Source of the DNA: Nitrospinales bacterium
GTDB taxonomy: Bacteria; Nitrospinota; Nitrospinia; Nitrospinales; JAJDAT01
Reading direction: 5' to 3'
Assembly (NCBI GenBank): GCA_046757665.1
Contig: JBHHYO010000060.1
Location: 1-16,775, forward strand
Length of the DNA stretch: 16,775 nt
The first letter of the stretch is position 1. Each line of letters opens with the position of its first letter. The notes under the pieces were generated by a model. The model was not told the origin of the DNA. It was given only the letters and a program-made list of their open reading frames with translations, and did not search any database. Position numbers and translations under genes: made by a program. This document shows, in pieces, positions 7,366-14,980 of the stretch.

Positions 7366-9129
7366 TTAAATTTGTTGATTGCTGGTCAAATCCCGGATTT
7401 CGCCATCGGGGTAGATGCCGACGATTTGTTTGGGGTTCAGCAGGCAGGCGGCGTCGAGGACGTTCCGGTATCCCGCCAGATGGTTGTTGGCCATGGGCAG
7501 GAGAATGAGGTCGTATGCGTTGCCGCGCAGTTGCGCCATCAAGCCGGGGGAAACGGCTTCGCTTGAAAAAAATCCGTCGCCATAAGCGTAGATTCGGTTG
7601 ATGCCCGGTGCGTCTTGAAATGCGTCGGCGATGGCGTTCTGCCCCAGCAGGTCCGCTTTTATACCGCGTTGGGCGGCCAGGGCTTCGAGGATGAGGTGGA
7701 TCATCCAGGGCCGGACGCTACGCATTACGAGGACGCGGGACTCGCCGGAAAACCGGCTGAATGCCCGGCGCGCCGTCTCAAAAAACGCGGCGGAGCGCGT
7801 GTGTTCCTTGCCGGTGTCGAACGCCGCCAGCGCTTCGTCAAACTTTTTGCGAATGCTGTCCGCGCTGTAGTGCGGGTAATCGATCACGACATGACCGTTG
7901 CCGTCGTATTGTTCCCACTCCAGGCCGGGTTTCAACAGCGAATGCTCCCGGGCGTGGCGGTAAAAATCCGTGCCCGGTTGCGGGGTGTTGATGGACACCT
8001 GAATTTCGTCCAGCAGGCCCCGGCGCGACAGTTCGTGAACCAGGTCCACGGTTTTGCCGTCTTCCGCTTCGCTGGACCCCAGGCCGCCGATGCTGATGGT
8101 GCCGTAAAACATCATGCCGAGGTCCTTGCCGCGGGCCAGCATGGCGCGCAGTTTATTGAGGTCGTGTTTTTTACCCAGGGTCATTTTTTCGGCGACGCGG
8201 TCGCTGGCGGTTTCGATGCCGACGCGGATTTTGTAATATCCGGCCCGGCGCATTTCCGCCATCGCCTCTGCGTCGAGGGAAGCGTATTCGCACATGGCCT
8301 CGTATTTCAGGTGGTGCAGTCCGGCGGCGCGGATCGCCCGCGCCAGGGCGATATTGAATTTCTTTTTGATGTTGTGCACCTCTTCGTCGAAAAAGACGCC
8401 TTCCATTTCCGGATACTTGTCCTTGAGGACGGCGATTTCCCGCACCACGTCGGCGACGTTGCGCGGCCGCCAGTTCAATTCATCGTAATAAAGCGTCGCC
8501 GCGGCGCAGAAGTTGCACCGGCGCGGGCAACCCCGCGAGGCGTACATCTGCACCTGCCGGTAACGGCAGTTGGGTTCGTGATAGTCCAGCCGCCGGATGT
8601 CGTCGTCCTCCGGAAAGGGCAGGGAGTCGATGTCCAGCAACTCGCCCCGCGCGTTGGGGTAAACGCCGGCAATGTGACCGGGGTCCTTGCCGCGGATGAG
8701 GTCGAGGACGGCGTATTCGTATTCGCCCAGGCAGACGTAGTCGGCGGTTTTCAGCACCTCCTCGGGCTCGGCCATCGGGTGTTGTCCGGCAAAAATCAGG
8801 CGCGTGCCGAATGCCTGTTTGACGGCGGCGGCCAGCCGCAGGTCCGCGGCGATGGTTCGGCTGGAGCTTTCCATGATCAGCCAGTCGGGTTGCTCCTCGG
8901 CCAGGCGGGAGAAATAAGCCTCGAAGTCCCAGGCGTTCAGGACCCCGTCGAGCATCTTCACCTCATACGGCGTCTCGCGCTTCAACAACGCGGAGGTGTA
9001 CGCCAGTTCCCAGGGGTAATAGCCGCAGTTGGTGAAATTTTTCACGCCCAGCGACCAGCGCGAGGGGACGTGCACCATGTGGTAGCCGTTGGCATCGACA
9101 CCGACCGAATTGGCGACAACGATTTTCAT
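7366..9129 (-). CDS. Cobalamin-binding radical SAM enzyme (HpnJ/BchE-like superfamily) with C-terminal GT9-N-like domain
   Basis: CxxxCxxC in ASRGCPRRCNFC; B12-binding-domain features (AGQHPMAEPEEVL...DYVCLGEYE); FFDEE, VGIETAS and TPQPGTDF; extra ~125-aa C-terminal Rossmann-like domain starting RVLVMRS. Confidence 0.9.
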   Translation of the reverse strand: MKIVVANSVGVDANGYHMVHVPSRWSLGVKNFTNCGYYPWELAYTSALLKRETPYEVKMLDGVLNAWDFEAYFSRLAEEQPDWLIMESSSRTIAADLRLAAAVKQAFGTRLIFAGQHPMAEPEEVLKTADYVCLGEYEYAVLDLIRGKDPGHIAGVYPNARGELLDIDSLPFPEDDDIRRLDYHEPNCRYRQVQMYASRGCPRRCNFCAAATLYYDELNWRPRNVADVVREIAVLKDKYPEMEGVFFDEEVHNIKKKFNIALARAIRAAGLHHLKYEAMCEYASLDAEAMAEMRRAGYYKIRVGIETASDRVAEKMTLGKKHDLNKLRAMLARGKDLGMMFYGTISIGGLGSSEAEDGKTVDLVHELSRRGLLDEIQVSINTPQPGTDFYRHAREHSLLKPGLEWEQYDGNGHVVIDYPHYSADSIRKKFDEALAAFDTGKEHTRSAAFFETARRAFSRFSGESRVLVMRSVRPWMIHLILEALAAQRGIKADLLGQNAIADAFQDAPGINRIYAYGDGFFSSEAVSPGLMAQLRGNAYDLILLPMANNHLAGYRNVLDAACLLNPKQIVGIYPDGEIRDLTSNQQI

Positions 9130-9145
9130 GGCAAGGGGGAGCGCC

Positions 9146-9685
9146 TCAATCCGCGGGCGGCCGCGGCGTACCGCGGCGGAACAGTTTGCGAAAACACCAC
9201 TCGCCGGCCAGGCCGAGCGTGATCATCAGAAATAAAACGGCCGTCGCCAGGACATTGGCGGCCATCCAGAGTATGGAAATTTTTTCGCGCAGGTATTTTC
9301 CGGCGATGCCGGAACCCGACAGGCTGACGAAACCGCCCTTGCAGTTGTAGCCGCGGAGTTGCCCGGCGTCGCTCGCCCAGGCCAGCAGGTCGATGTTGGA
9401 GTAGCCCAGCCCGCGCTCGATATTGTACAAGGCAACCGCCAGGTCGAATTTTCGCCGGCGGAGCTGTCGCAGGTTGTCCAGGCCGTAACTGAAAACGCTC
9501 ATCCGCCGACCGGCTTTCAACGGTAGAACTTCATCCACTTCGGGGTCCCGCGACAGCGCGTCCCCGAGCGGCTCCGGCGCCAGCACGGTGATTCTGGAAA
9601 CGGGAAATTCCCGCTTGAGGGCGGTCAGGGTCGGGGAAAAAACCCGTGCCGCGGAGCGGATCACTAAAATGTTAACCGGTTTCAC
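9146..9685 (-). CDS. Small membrane-anchored protein: GT9 (heptosyltransferase) N-terminal-like domain plus C-terminal transmembrane helix
   Basis: NILVIRS...ALKREFPVSRITVLA...DPEVDEVL...LRRRKFDLAV resembles the N-terminal half of WaaC/WaaF/WaaQ. Hydrophobic ILWMAANVLATAVLFLMITLGLA is followed by a basic tail. The GTG start overlaps the upstream gene by 14 nt and the gap to the next gene is 16 nt. Confidence 0.78.
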   Translation of the reverse strand: MKPVNILVIRSAARVFSPTLTALKREFPVSRITVLAPEPLGDALSRDPEVDEVLPLKAGRRMSVFSYGLDNLRQLRRRKFDLAVALYNIERGLGYSNIDLLAWASDAGQLRGYNCKGGFVSLSGSGIAGKYLREKISILWMAANVLATAVLFLMITLGLAGEWCFRKLFRRGTPRPPAD

Positions 9686-11456
9686 GCTTGGCCCCGTTGC
9701 CGTTGGATAATTCGAAAATCTTGCTTTGAATATTGATGCCGACCAGTTTGCCGATGCCCATTTGCCGGGCGAGGGTGGTGACTTCCCCGTACCCGTTTCC
9801 GGTCATGTTGTTGTAGGGAATCACGCCGAGCGCAAACCGCCGCTGGCGAAGCCGGGCCAGAAGGTCCCGCGGAAATCCCTTGCCGTCGAAGTGACCGTCG
9901 CCATAAAAGAAGCTGTTGTGGACGTTGCGGTTGGCTTGCAACTCCGCGGCCACCGCGGACTGGCCCAGAACGGATATTTTGCTCGCCGGAAATTTTTTCT
10001 TGAGGGCGTCGATCAGTCCGTTGATCTGCCACATGCGCGAACAGCGAAAGACCAGGATTTCGCCGGAGGCTTCTTCCAGGTTCAGGGAATCGAGGGCGCC
10101 CTGGGCGGACCTGAAGTAACGGGTTTTGAATGCCTTGTCGTAAAGTTTTTCCGCTGTGCGGTGGTTGGCCTCGACCTGGTCGGCGGGGTATTGCGGCTGA
10201 TCCACCACGCAGAAATTGCCGCCGTCGAAATGCTTCCAGTCCACATTCTTCAAATAGCCTTTTTCCCTGGCGCGCATGAAAAACGGGGTTCCCGGTTGCG
10301 GCGTGCTGATGGAGAGTTGAAACCGCCACAGCAGGTTTTCGTCGATCAGCTCGTCGATGAGGCGGATGGTTTGCTTGTCTCCCCGGTCGGTGGAGCCTTC
10401 GCCGCCGAAGGTGAACGTGCCGTAAAACTTGATGCCGATCCGCGTGCCGTATCGCAACAACCGTTTGAGCTTGCCGGGATTGAATTTCGCGCCCAGCTCC
10501 ATGCCGGCGGCGGCGAGGTCCTCGGCGGTTTCGATGCCGAGGCGCACCATGTAGTAGCCGGCGCTTTTCATGGCGTCCAGCACCTCTTCGTCCAGGGGCC
10601 ACAGGCCGCACATGACGTCGTATTTCAGGTCGTCGTGGCCGGCGGCGCGGATGGCTTTCGTCAATTCGAGCATGTATTTCTTGCTACCGTTGTGCACTTC
10701 CTCGTCGAAAAAAATTCCTTCCATTTGAGGGTACTTTTGGCGCAGGTAATCCAGTTCCGCGATGACGTTTTCCGGTCGCCTCGGCCGCCAGTTCGGGCGG
10801 GCGTAGGAGATGTTGCCGCATACGCAAAAGCTACACGACAGCGGGCAACCCCGCGAGGCGTAAGCCTGGATTTCCAGGTATTCGCTGGACGGCTCGCCGG
10901 GGATGCCGTAATCCAGCCGCGAGACGTCGTCGTCTTCCGGCAACGGCAACTCGTTGACGTCCAGCGGTTCCTGGAAATGGTTGGGATACAACCCGAGGAT
11001 GTCGTTGGGGTCCTTGCCTTGCAGGATGTCGCGGACGGTCAATTCGTACTCGCGGCGCACAACGTAATCGGCCCATTGCCCCACCTCGTCGGGGAAGGTG
11101 GTCGCGTGTGGGCCGCAGATGATCAACTTCGTTCCAAAGCGGTTTTTGATTTCCCGGGCGAACTTGCCGTCCGCCTCGATGGTCCGCGTGGCGCAGTCCA
11201 TGATAAGGTAGTCGGGAGCGAATTGCGACACCTTGTCGACAAACGTCCGGTGGTCCCATTTTTTCAGGCACCCGTCGAAAAAGCGGACTTCGTGATCGGT
11301 GTCGCGCTTGAGGATGCTCGAACAGTAGGCCAACTGCCAGGGATAATAGGTGAATACGTTCAAATCCCTTGTGCTGTTGGTCCAGCGGCTTGGCGAGTGG
11401 ATCATGGCGGAGCCGCCGGCATCGATACCGACGGAGTTGCAAACCGCGACTTTCAT
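9672..11456 (-). CDS. Cobalamin-binding radical SAM enzyme (paralog of 7366-9129) with C-terminal GT9-N-like domain
   Basis: ASRGCPLSCSFC; CGPHATTFPDEV...DYVVRREYE; FFDEE, LGIETA and TPQPGTPF. Start set to ATG 11456 (MKVAVCNSVG aligns with the paralog's MKIVVANSVG; SD GAGGTG at 11461-11466). Confidence 0.9.
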   Translation of the reverse strand: MKVAVCNSVGIDAGGSAMIHSPSRWTNSTRDLNVFTYYPWQLAYCSSILKRDTDHEVRFFDGCLKKWDHRTFVDKVSQFAPDYLIMDCATRTIEADGKFAREIKNRFGTKLIICGPHATTFPDEVGQWADYVVRREYELTVRDILQGKDPNDILGLYPNHFQEPLDVNELPLPEDDDVSRLDYGIPGEPSSEYLEIQAYASRGCPLSCSFCVCGNISYARPNWRPRRPENVIAELDYLRQKYPQMEGIFFDEEVHNGSKKYMLELTKAIRAAGHDDLKYDVMCGLWPLDEEVLDAMKSAGYYMVRLGIETAEDLAAAGMELGAKFNPGKLKRLLRYGTRIGIKFYGTFTFGGEGSTDRGDKQTIRLIDELIDENLLWRFQLSISTPQPGTPFFMRAREKGYLKNVDWKHFDGGNFCVVDQPQYPADQVEANHRTAEKLYDKAFKTRYFRSAQGALDSLNLEEASGEILVFRCSRMWQINGLIDALKKKFPASKISVLGQSAVAAELQANRNVHNSFFYGDGHFDGKGFPRDLLARLRQRRFALGVIPYNNMTGNGYGEVTTLARQMGIGKLVGINIQSKIFELSNGNGAKRETG

Positions 11457-11577
11457 GAAACACCTCGAAGTATTTGAACGGATGACGGCGAAAGGTTCCG
11501 GGACAATGGAGGCCAAGTGTTAACGGCGCAAACCGCTTGCCGTTGACGTGGGGCGGACCGTCTGCCTCGAATAAAAA

Positions 11578-11606
11578 ATTCTAGTTTTCCTAACGGCGGA
11601 AATCAA
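11578..11606 (-). promoter_or_regulatory. Putative sigma-70 promoter of the radical SAM operon
   Basis: On the minus strand: TTGATT (11606-11601), 17 nt spacer, TAGAAT (11583-11578), in an AT-rich patch about 120 nt upstream of the start codon. Confidence 0.6.
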
Positions 11607-11661
11607 TTAAAACTTTATGGTTCCGCCATCCGGTCGCGCCGAAACGCGGCGCCGGGGAATC

Positions 11662-11690
11662 TTGACATTATACGGCCAACTTGTGAGAAT
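11662..11690 (+). promoter_or_regulatory. Putative sigma-70 promoter of ftsY
   Basis: TTGACA (11662-11667), 17 nt spacer, GAGAAT (11685-11690), with extended -10 TG at 11682-11683. Confidence 0.6.
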
Positions 11691-11756
11691 GCCGGAAACA
11701 CTCAAATTTTTCCCGGACCGGTTGGTCGGTCCCCTAAAGGATAACGGAAAGGCATC

Positions 11757-12719
11757 ATGAACGATTTGGCGGATGTGAAGCAGGATGAAAAGCCTTCCGG
11801 ATTTTTTGGCCGACTGCGGGCCGGTTTGTCCAAAACCCGGCACAGTTTGGCGGCGGGCGTCGATAACGCCGTCCGCGGCAAGGCAAAGATCGGGCCGGAA
11901 TTGTGGGACGAACTGGAGGAGACCCTGTTGACCGCCGATGTCGGTTTTCGCGCCACCCAGGAGATTCTGGAGGAACTGCGAAAGGGTGTGGCCGACAACC
12001 GGATACGCGGCAATGACGGGGTTTATGAGCATTTGCAAACTCTGCTGGCGCGGATTCTGGAAGCGCCGCGGGTGGAACGGCGGATTCCGGAAACCGGCCC
12101 GGCCGTGGTGCTTGTCGTGGGCATCAACGGTTCGGGGAAAACCACCACCATCGGCAAACTGGCGCTGAAATGGAAGGGCGAAGGCAAGCAGGTCATGCTG
12201 GCGGCGGCGGATACGTTTCGCGCCGCGGCGGTGGAACAACTGCAAATCTGGGCCGACCGGGTGGGGGCGCCGTGCATCAAACAAAAAAGCGGCGCCGACC
12301 CCTCCGCCGTGGCCTTCGATGCCGTGCGCGCGGCGGTGGCCCGCAAAATGGACGTGGTGATCGTCGATACCGCCGGCAGACTGCAAACCAACTTGAACCT
12401 CATGGAGGAACTGAAAAAGGTCAAGCGGGTGATCGAAAAAGTTTTGCCCGGCGCGCCGCACGAGACGCTTCTGGTTCTGGACGCGGGCATCGGGCAAAAC
12501 AGCATTTCCCAGGCCCGGCTCTTCCACGACGCCATGCAGATTGACGGGCTGGTGATGACCAAGCTGGACGGCACCGGCAAGGGCGGCGTCCTTTTCAATA
12601 TCGCGCGCGAAATCAACCTGCCCGTGCGTTTCATCGGGGTCGGGGAACAACCGGAGGATTTGCAGGCGTTCGACGCCGGCGATTTTGTCCGCGCCCTGTT
12701 CGACCGCCCCGCCGATTAG
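11757..12719 (+). CDS. ftsY: Signal recognition particle receptor FtsY (short form, NG domain without long acidic region)
   Basis: GFFGRLRAGLSKTR, ELEETLLTADVG, GINGSGKTTTIGKLA, AADTFRAAAVEQL, DTAGRLQ, TKLDGTGKGG and FIGVGEQPEDL. Confidence 0.98.
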   Translation: MNDLADVKQDEKPSGFFGRLRAGLSKTRHSLAAGVDNAVRGKAKIGPELWDELEETLLTADVGFRATQEILEELRKGVADNRIRGNDGVYEHLQTLLARILEAPRVERRIPETGPAVVLVVGINGSGKTTTIGKLALKWKGEGKQVMLAAADTFRAAAVEQLQIWADRVGAPCIKQKSGADPSAVAFDAVRAAVARKMDVVIVDTAGRLQTNLNLMEELKKVKRVIEKVLPGAPHETLLVLDAGIGQNSISQARLFHDAMQIDGLVMTKLDGTGKGGVLFNIAREINLPVRFIGVGEQPEDLQAFDAGDFVRALFDRPAD

Positions 12720-13978
12720 TGGAACAAATCCGCAAGACCCGGCACCCACAGCAGAAGCGCCGGCAAGGCCCGTAAATTGCCCTCGGCCATGAGGCTGTTG
12801 TAGGTGGAAAAACTCATCACCACCAGCGTGAAAAACCCCCATACGATAACGCCCGCGTTGCGGCGGGGATTTTCTTCTTTAAACAGATTCGTCATGATGT
12901 AGCCCAGGGTCACATAGACCACGGGCAGGAAGGGCAGGTTGTGGCGCAAGGCCCAATCGTTGGTGCCGCCTACGATGTTGACGCCGTTGAAAGTCAGCAC
13001 GGCCAAAACGGATGCGGTGTTCAGCGCGATCAGCATTCCGAGAGCCGGCGGCAAGCCGTAAAACGCGCGCACGGTTTTTTTCGTTTTTAAAACGGCGCGG
13101 CCCGCTCCATGCAGGTACAAGGCAAACAGGGGGCAGATGGCGAGAAAGTACAGCCACACATGATACCAGCTCCTGAGCCCGACGCTTTCAATATAAGGCG
13201 AGGTGAACCTGGCCCGTCCCTCAACATGGCCGACAAATTCCGCCGGCATCAGGCTTCCATACTTCAAAAAGACAAACACCCACCAGCCAAACCCCAGTGC
13301 GAGGATTCCTGCATACAGCCCGACATGCTTCCATTTGCCATGGATCTCATTTTGGCAGGCTACCAGAAGAACCGGGATCAAAACATAAATTGGCCCCGTA
13401 TATTTGGTCAGCATTGCCAGAACGAAAGCCATCCCCGAAAGGACAAGTTTTTTCAGGTCAAACCGGTTTTCGCGGTAATCGATAAAATACCAGACGCCGG
13501 CCAGGATAAAAAAAGTCATGGGGAAGTCCAGATGGACGAGATTGCTTTCCAGGTTGAATACGGGACAAAGCGCCCAAAGGGAAACGGCGATGGCGGCGCC
13601 GCGGATATCCGACAAGGCGTTGGCGATTTTAAAAACGAAGTAAAACGACGCCAGACTGAAAACGAGGTTCAACAGTTTCGCGGCCAGAAATTGCGGCAAC
13701 GCCACGGAAAGAACCTTGATCAGGTAGGGGATGACGGGCGGATGATAAAAGACCTCGGCGCTGTACACCCTCGACGACAGGGCGTTGTCGATAAAACTGC
13801 CCTGTGTGGAGTAATGCCCCCATCCCCAGTCCATATGCTCGCTCAGGTAGAGGTAAACCGCCTCGTCCCAGTCGATAATCGGCTGAGAAAACGTGCGGGC
13901 ATGAAGGAAAACGGCGACCAGGAGGAACGCGAGGAAGAACAGGCGGCGGTCGATTTTCAGGGTTTTCAGGGAGTCCAT
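12716..13978 (-). CDS. GT-C fold polytopic membrane glycosyltransferase (ArnT / PMT-like)
   Basis: First TM helix followed by DWDEAVY (acidic DE motif), then FYHPP, LAMLTKYTG and about 10 or more hydrophobic segments. Its stop overlaps the ftsY stop by 4 nt (convergent). Confidence 0.85.
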   Translation of the reverse strand: MDSLKTLKIDRRLFFLAFLLVAVFLHARTFSQPIIDWDEAVYLYLSEHMDWGWGHYSTQGSFIDNALSSRVYSAEVFYHPPVIPYLIKVLSVALPQFLAAKLLNLVFSLASFYFVFKIANALSDIRGAAIAVSLWALCPVFNLESNLVHLDFPMTFFILAGVWYFIDYRENRFDLKKLVLSGMAFVLAMLTKYTGPIYVLIPVLLVACQNEIHGKWKHVGLYAGILALGFGWWVFVFLKYGSLMPAEFVGHVEGRARFTSPYIESVGLRSWYHVWLYFLAICPLFALYLHGAGRAVLKTKKTVRAFYGLPPALGMLIALNTASVLAVLTFNGVNIVGGTNDWALRHNLPFLPVVYVTLGYIMTNLFKEENPRRNAGVIVWGFFTLVVMSFSTYNSLMAEGNLRALPALLLWVPGLADLFH

Positions 13979-14032
13979 GGCACGCTGACGAGTTCAGGTC
14001 TACAATGGACGGGGGATTGGACGGAGGCGGTC

Positions 14033-14106
<74 letters not shown>

Positions 14107-14134
14107 CGCGCGTTGCGTTCGTCAAAGGGGAAAT

Positions 14135-14211
<77 letters not shown>

Positions 14212-14232
14212 CTTTTCATACGTGATGTGATC

Positions 14233-14260
14233 ATTATATTTTCTGCCGGTGTTTTGTCAA
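14233..14260 (-). promoter_or_regulatory. Consensus sigma-70 promoter of the tRNA-Gly/tRNA-Cys pair
   Basis: Perfect TTGACA (14260-14255), 16 nt spacer, TATAAT (14238-14233), 23 nt upstream of mature tRNA-Gly. A 16-nt spacer is typical of stable-RNA promoters. Confidence 0.88.
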
Positions 14261-14263
14261 ATT

Positions 14264-14848
14264 CTATTTTTCCAGAAGTTTGGATTCGGTTCCGGCCCAC
14301 AGCTTGCGGATGTTGTCATGGTGTTTCATGGTGATCGACAGGCCGACGGCGACGGCGGCGCAAATATAAGGAAGGGGCGCGTCAAACAACGCGCCAAACA
14401 GCGGCAGGGATAACGCGCCCAGGATGGAACCGAGGGAAACGTATCGGCTGACCGCCACGGCCAGGGTGAAAACCGCTATCGAGGCCATGGCGGCCAGGGG
14501 CATGAGAACGATAAAAACGCCCAGCCCGGTGGCGACGCCTTTTCCTCCCCTGAATTTGAGAAAGATGGAAAACAGATGGCCGGCCACGGCGAAAACGCCC
14601 GCGACGGCGATTGCCGTCGGGTTGTCCAGAAGGCGCTCGGCGGCCAGGGCGGCGATGAGGCCCTTGGCGCAATCGCCGGCGAGGGTGAGGAGGCCTTGCT
14701 TTTTGCCCAGGGTGCGCGCCACGTTGGTCGCGCCGATGTTGCCGCTACCGTGCTCCCGAATGTCGATGTTGCTGGCGCGGGCAATGAGTACGCCGCAGGG
14801 AATCGCGCCCAACAAATAAGCCGCCGCCCACATCATGGCCGCGTGCAT
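14264..14848 (-). CDS. plsY: Glycerol-3-phosphate acyltransferase PlsY (acyl-phosphate dependent)
   Basis: YLLGAIP, DIREHGSGNIGATNVAR, GHLFSIFLKFRGGKGVAT, RYVSLGS and KHHDNIRKL. The true start may be Met at 14836 or 14833. Confidence 0.97.
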   Translation of the reverse strand: MHAAMMWAAAYLLGAIPCGVLIARASNIDIREHGSGNIGATNVARTLGKKQGLLTLAGDCAKGLIAALAAERLLDNPTAIAVAGVFAVAGHLFSIFLKFRGGKGVATGLGVFIVLMPLAAMASIAVFTLAVAVSRYVSLGSILGALSLPLFGALFDAPLPYICAAVAVGLSITMKHHDNIRKLWAGTESKLLEK

Positions 14849-14976
14849 GGTTCGCTCGCGGAGTTTGGGTGGCGGCCGCGGGCACGGCGGCGCCGGACGA
14901 AGAAAAACAGGGCCTGGCTGGTGTTGCCGCGATCGGATTTCCGCATCGCTCCTCCCGGTCGATCTCGATTGTCCAT
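14833..14976 (-). CDS. Possible small protein or leader peptide (47 aa, or 37 aa from ATG 14946)
   Basis: MDNRDRPGGAMRKSDRGNTSQALFFFVRRRRARGRHPNSASEPCTRP*. Begins 4 nt after the sigma stop, has GGGAGG before the second Met, and its TGA overlaps the ATG-ATG near the plsY start. No recognised homolog. Confidence 0.3.
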   Translation of the reverse strand: MDNRDRPGGAMRKSDRGNTSQALFFFVRRRRARGRHPNSASEPCTRP

Positions 14977-14980
14977 CGGC

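Noticed and set aside
7615-9222. 535-aa + strand ORF antisense to the radical SAM gene
   Set aside because: Shadow ORF on the antisense strand of a GC3-biased gene, with no recognisable motifs.
7366-11456. Assigning hpnJ, hpnP or bchE gene names to the radical SAM genes
   Set aside because: Similarity is at superfamily level only, the extra C-terminal domain is atypical, and no hopanoid or bacteriochlorophyll genes are in the window.
9726-11477. 583-aa + strand ORF antisense to the second radical SAM gene
   Set aside because: Same shadow-ORF effect. Its similarity to the 535-aa ORF only mirrors the paralogy of the real genes.
11457-11516. 20-aa N-terminal extension of the radical SAM gene from TTG 11516
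   Set aside because: Alignment with the paralog and the GAGGTG SD support ATG 11456.
11607-12842. 411-aa - strand ORF antisense to ftsY (likewise 3702-4769, 4772-5791, 13109-14230, 15861-16679 and other overlapping ORFs)
   Set aside because: They overlap well-supported genes or tRNAs on the other strand or frame and show no domain signatures.
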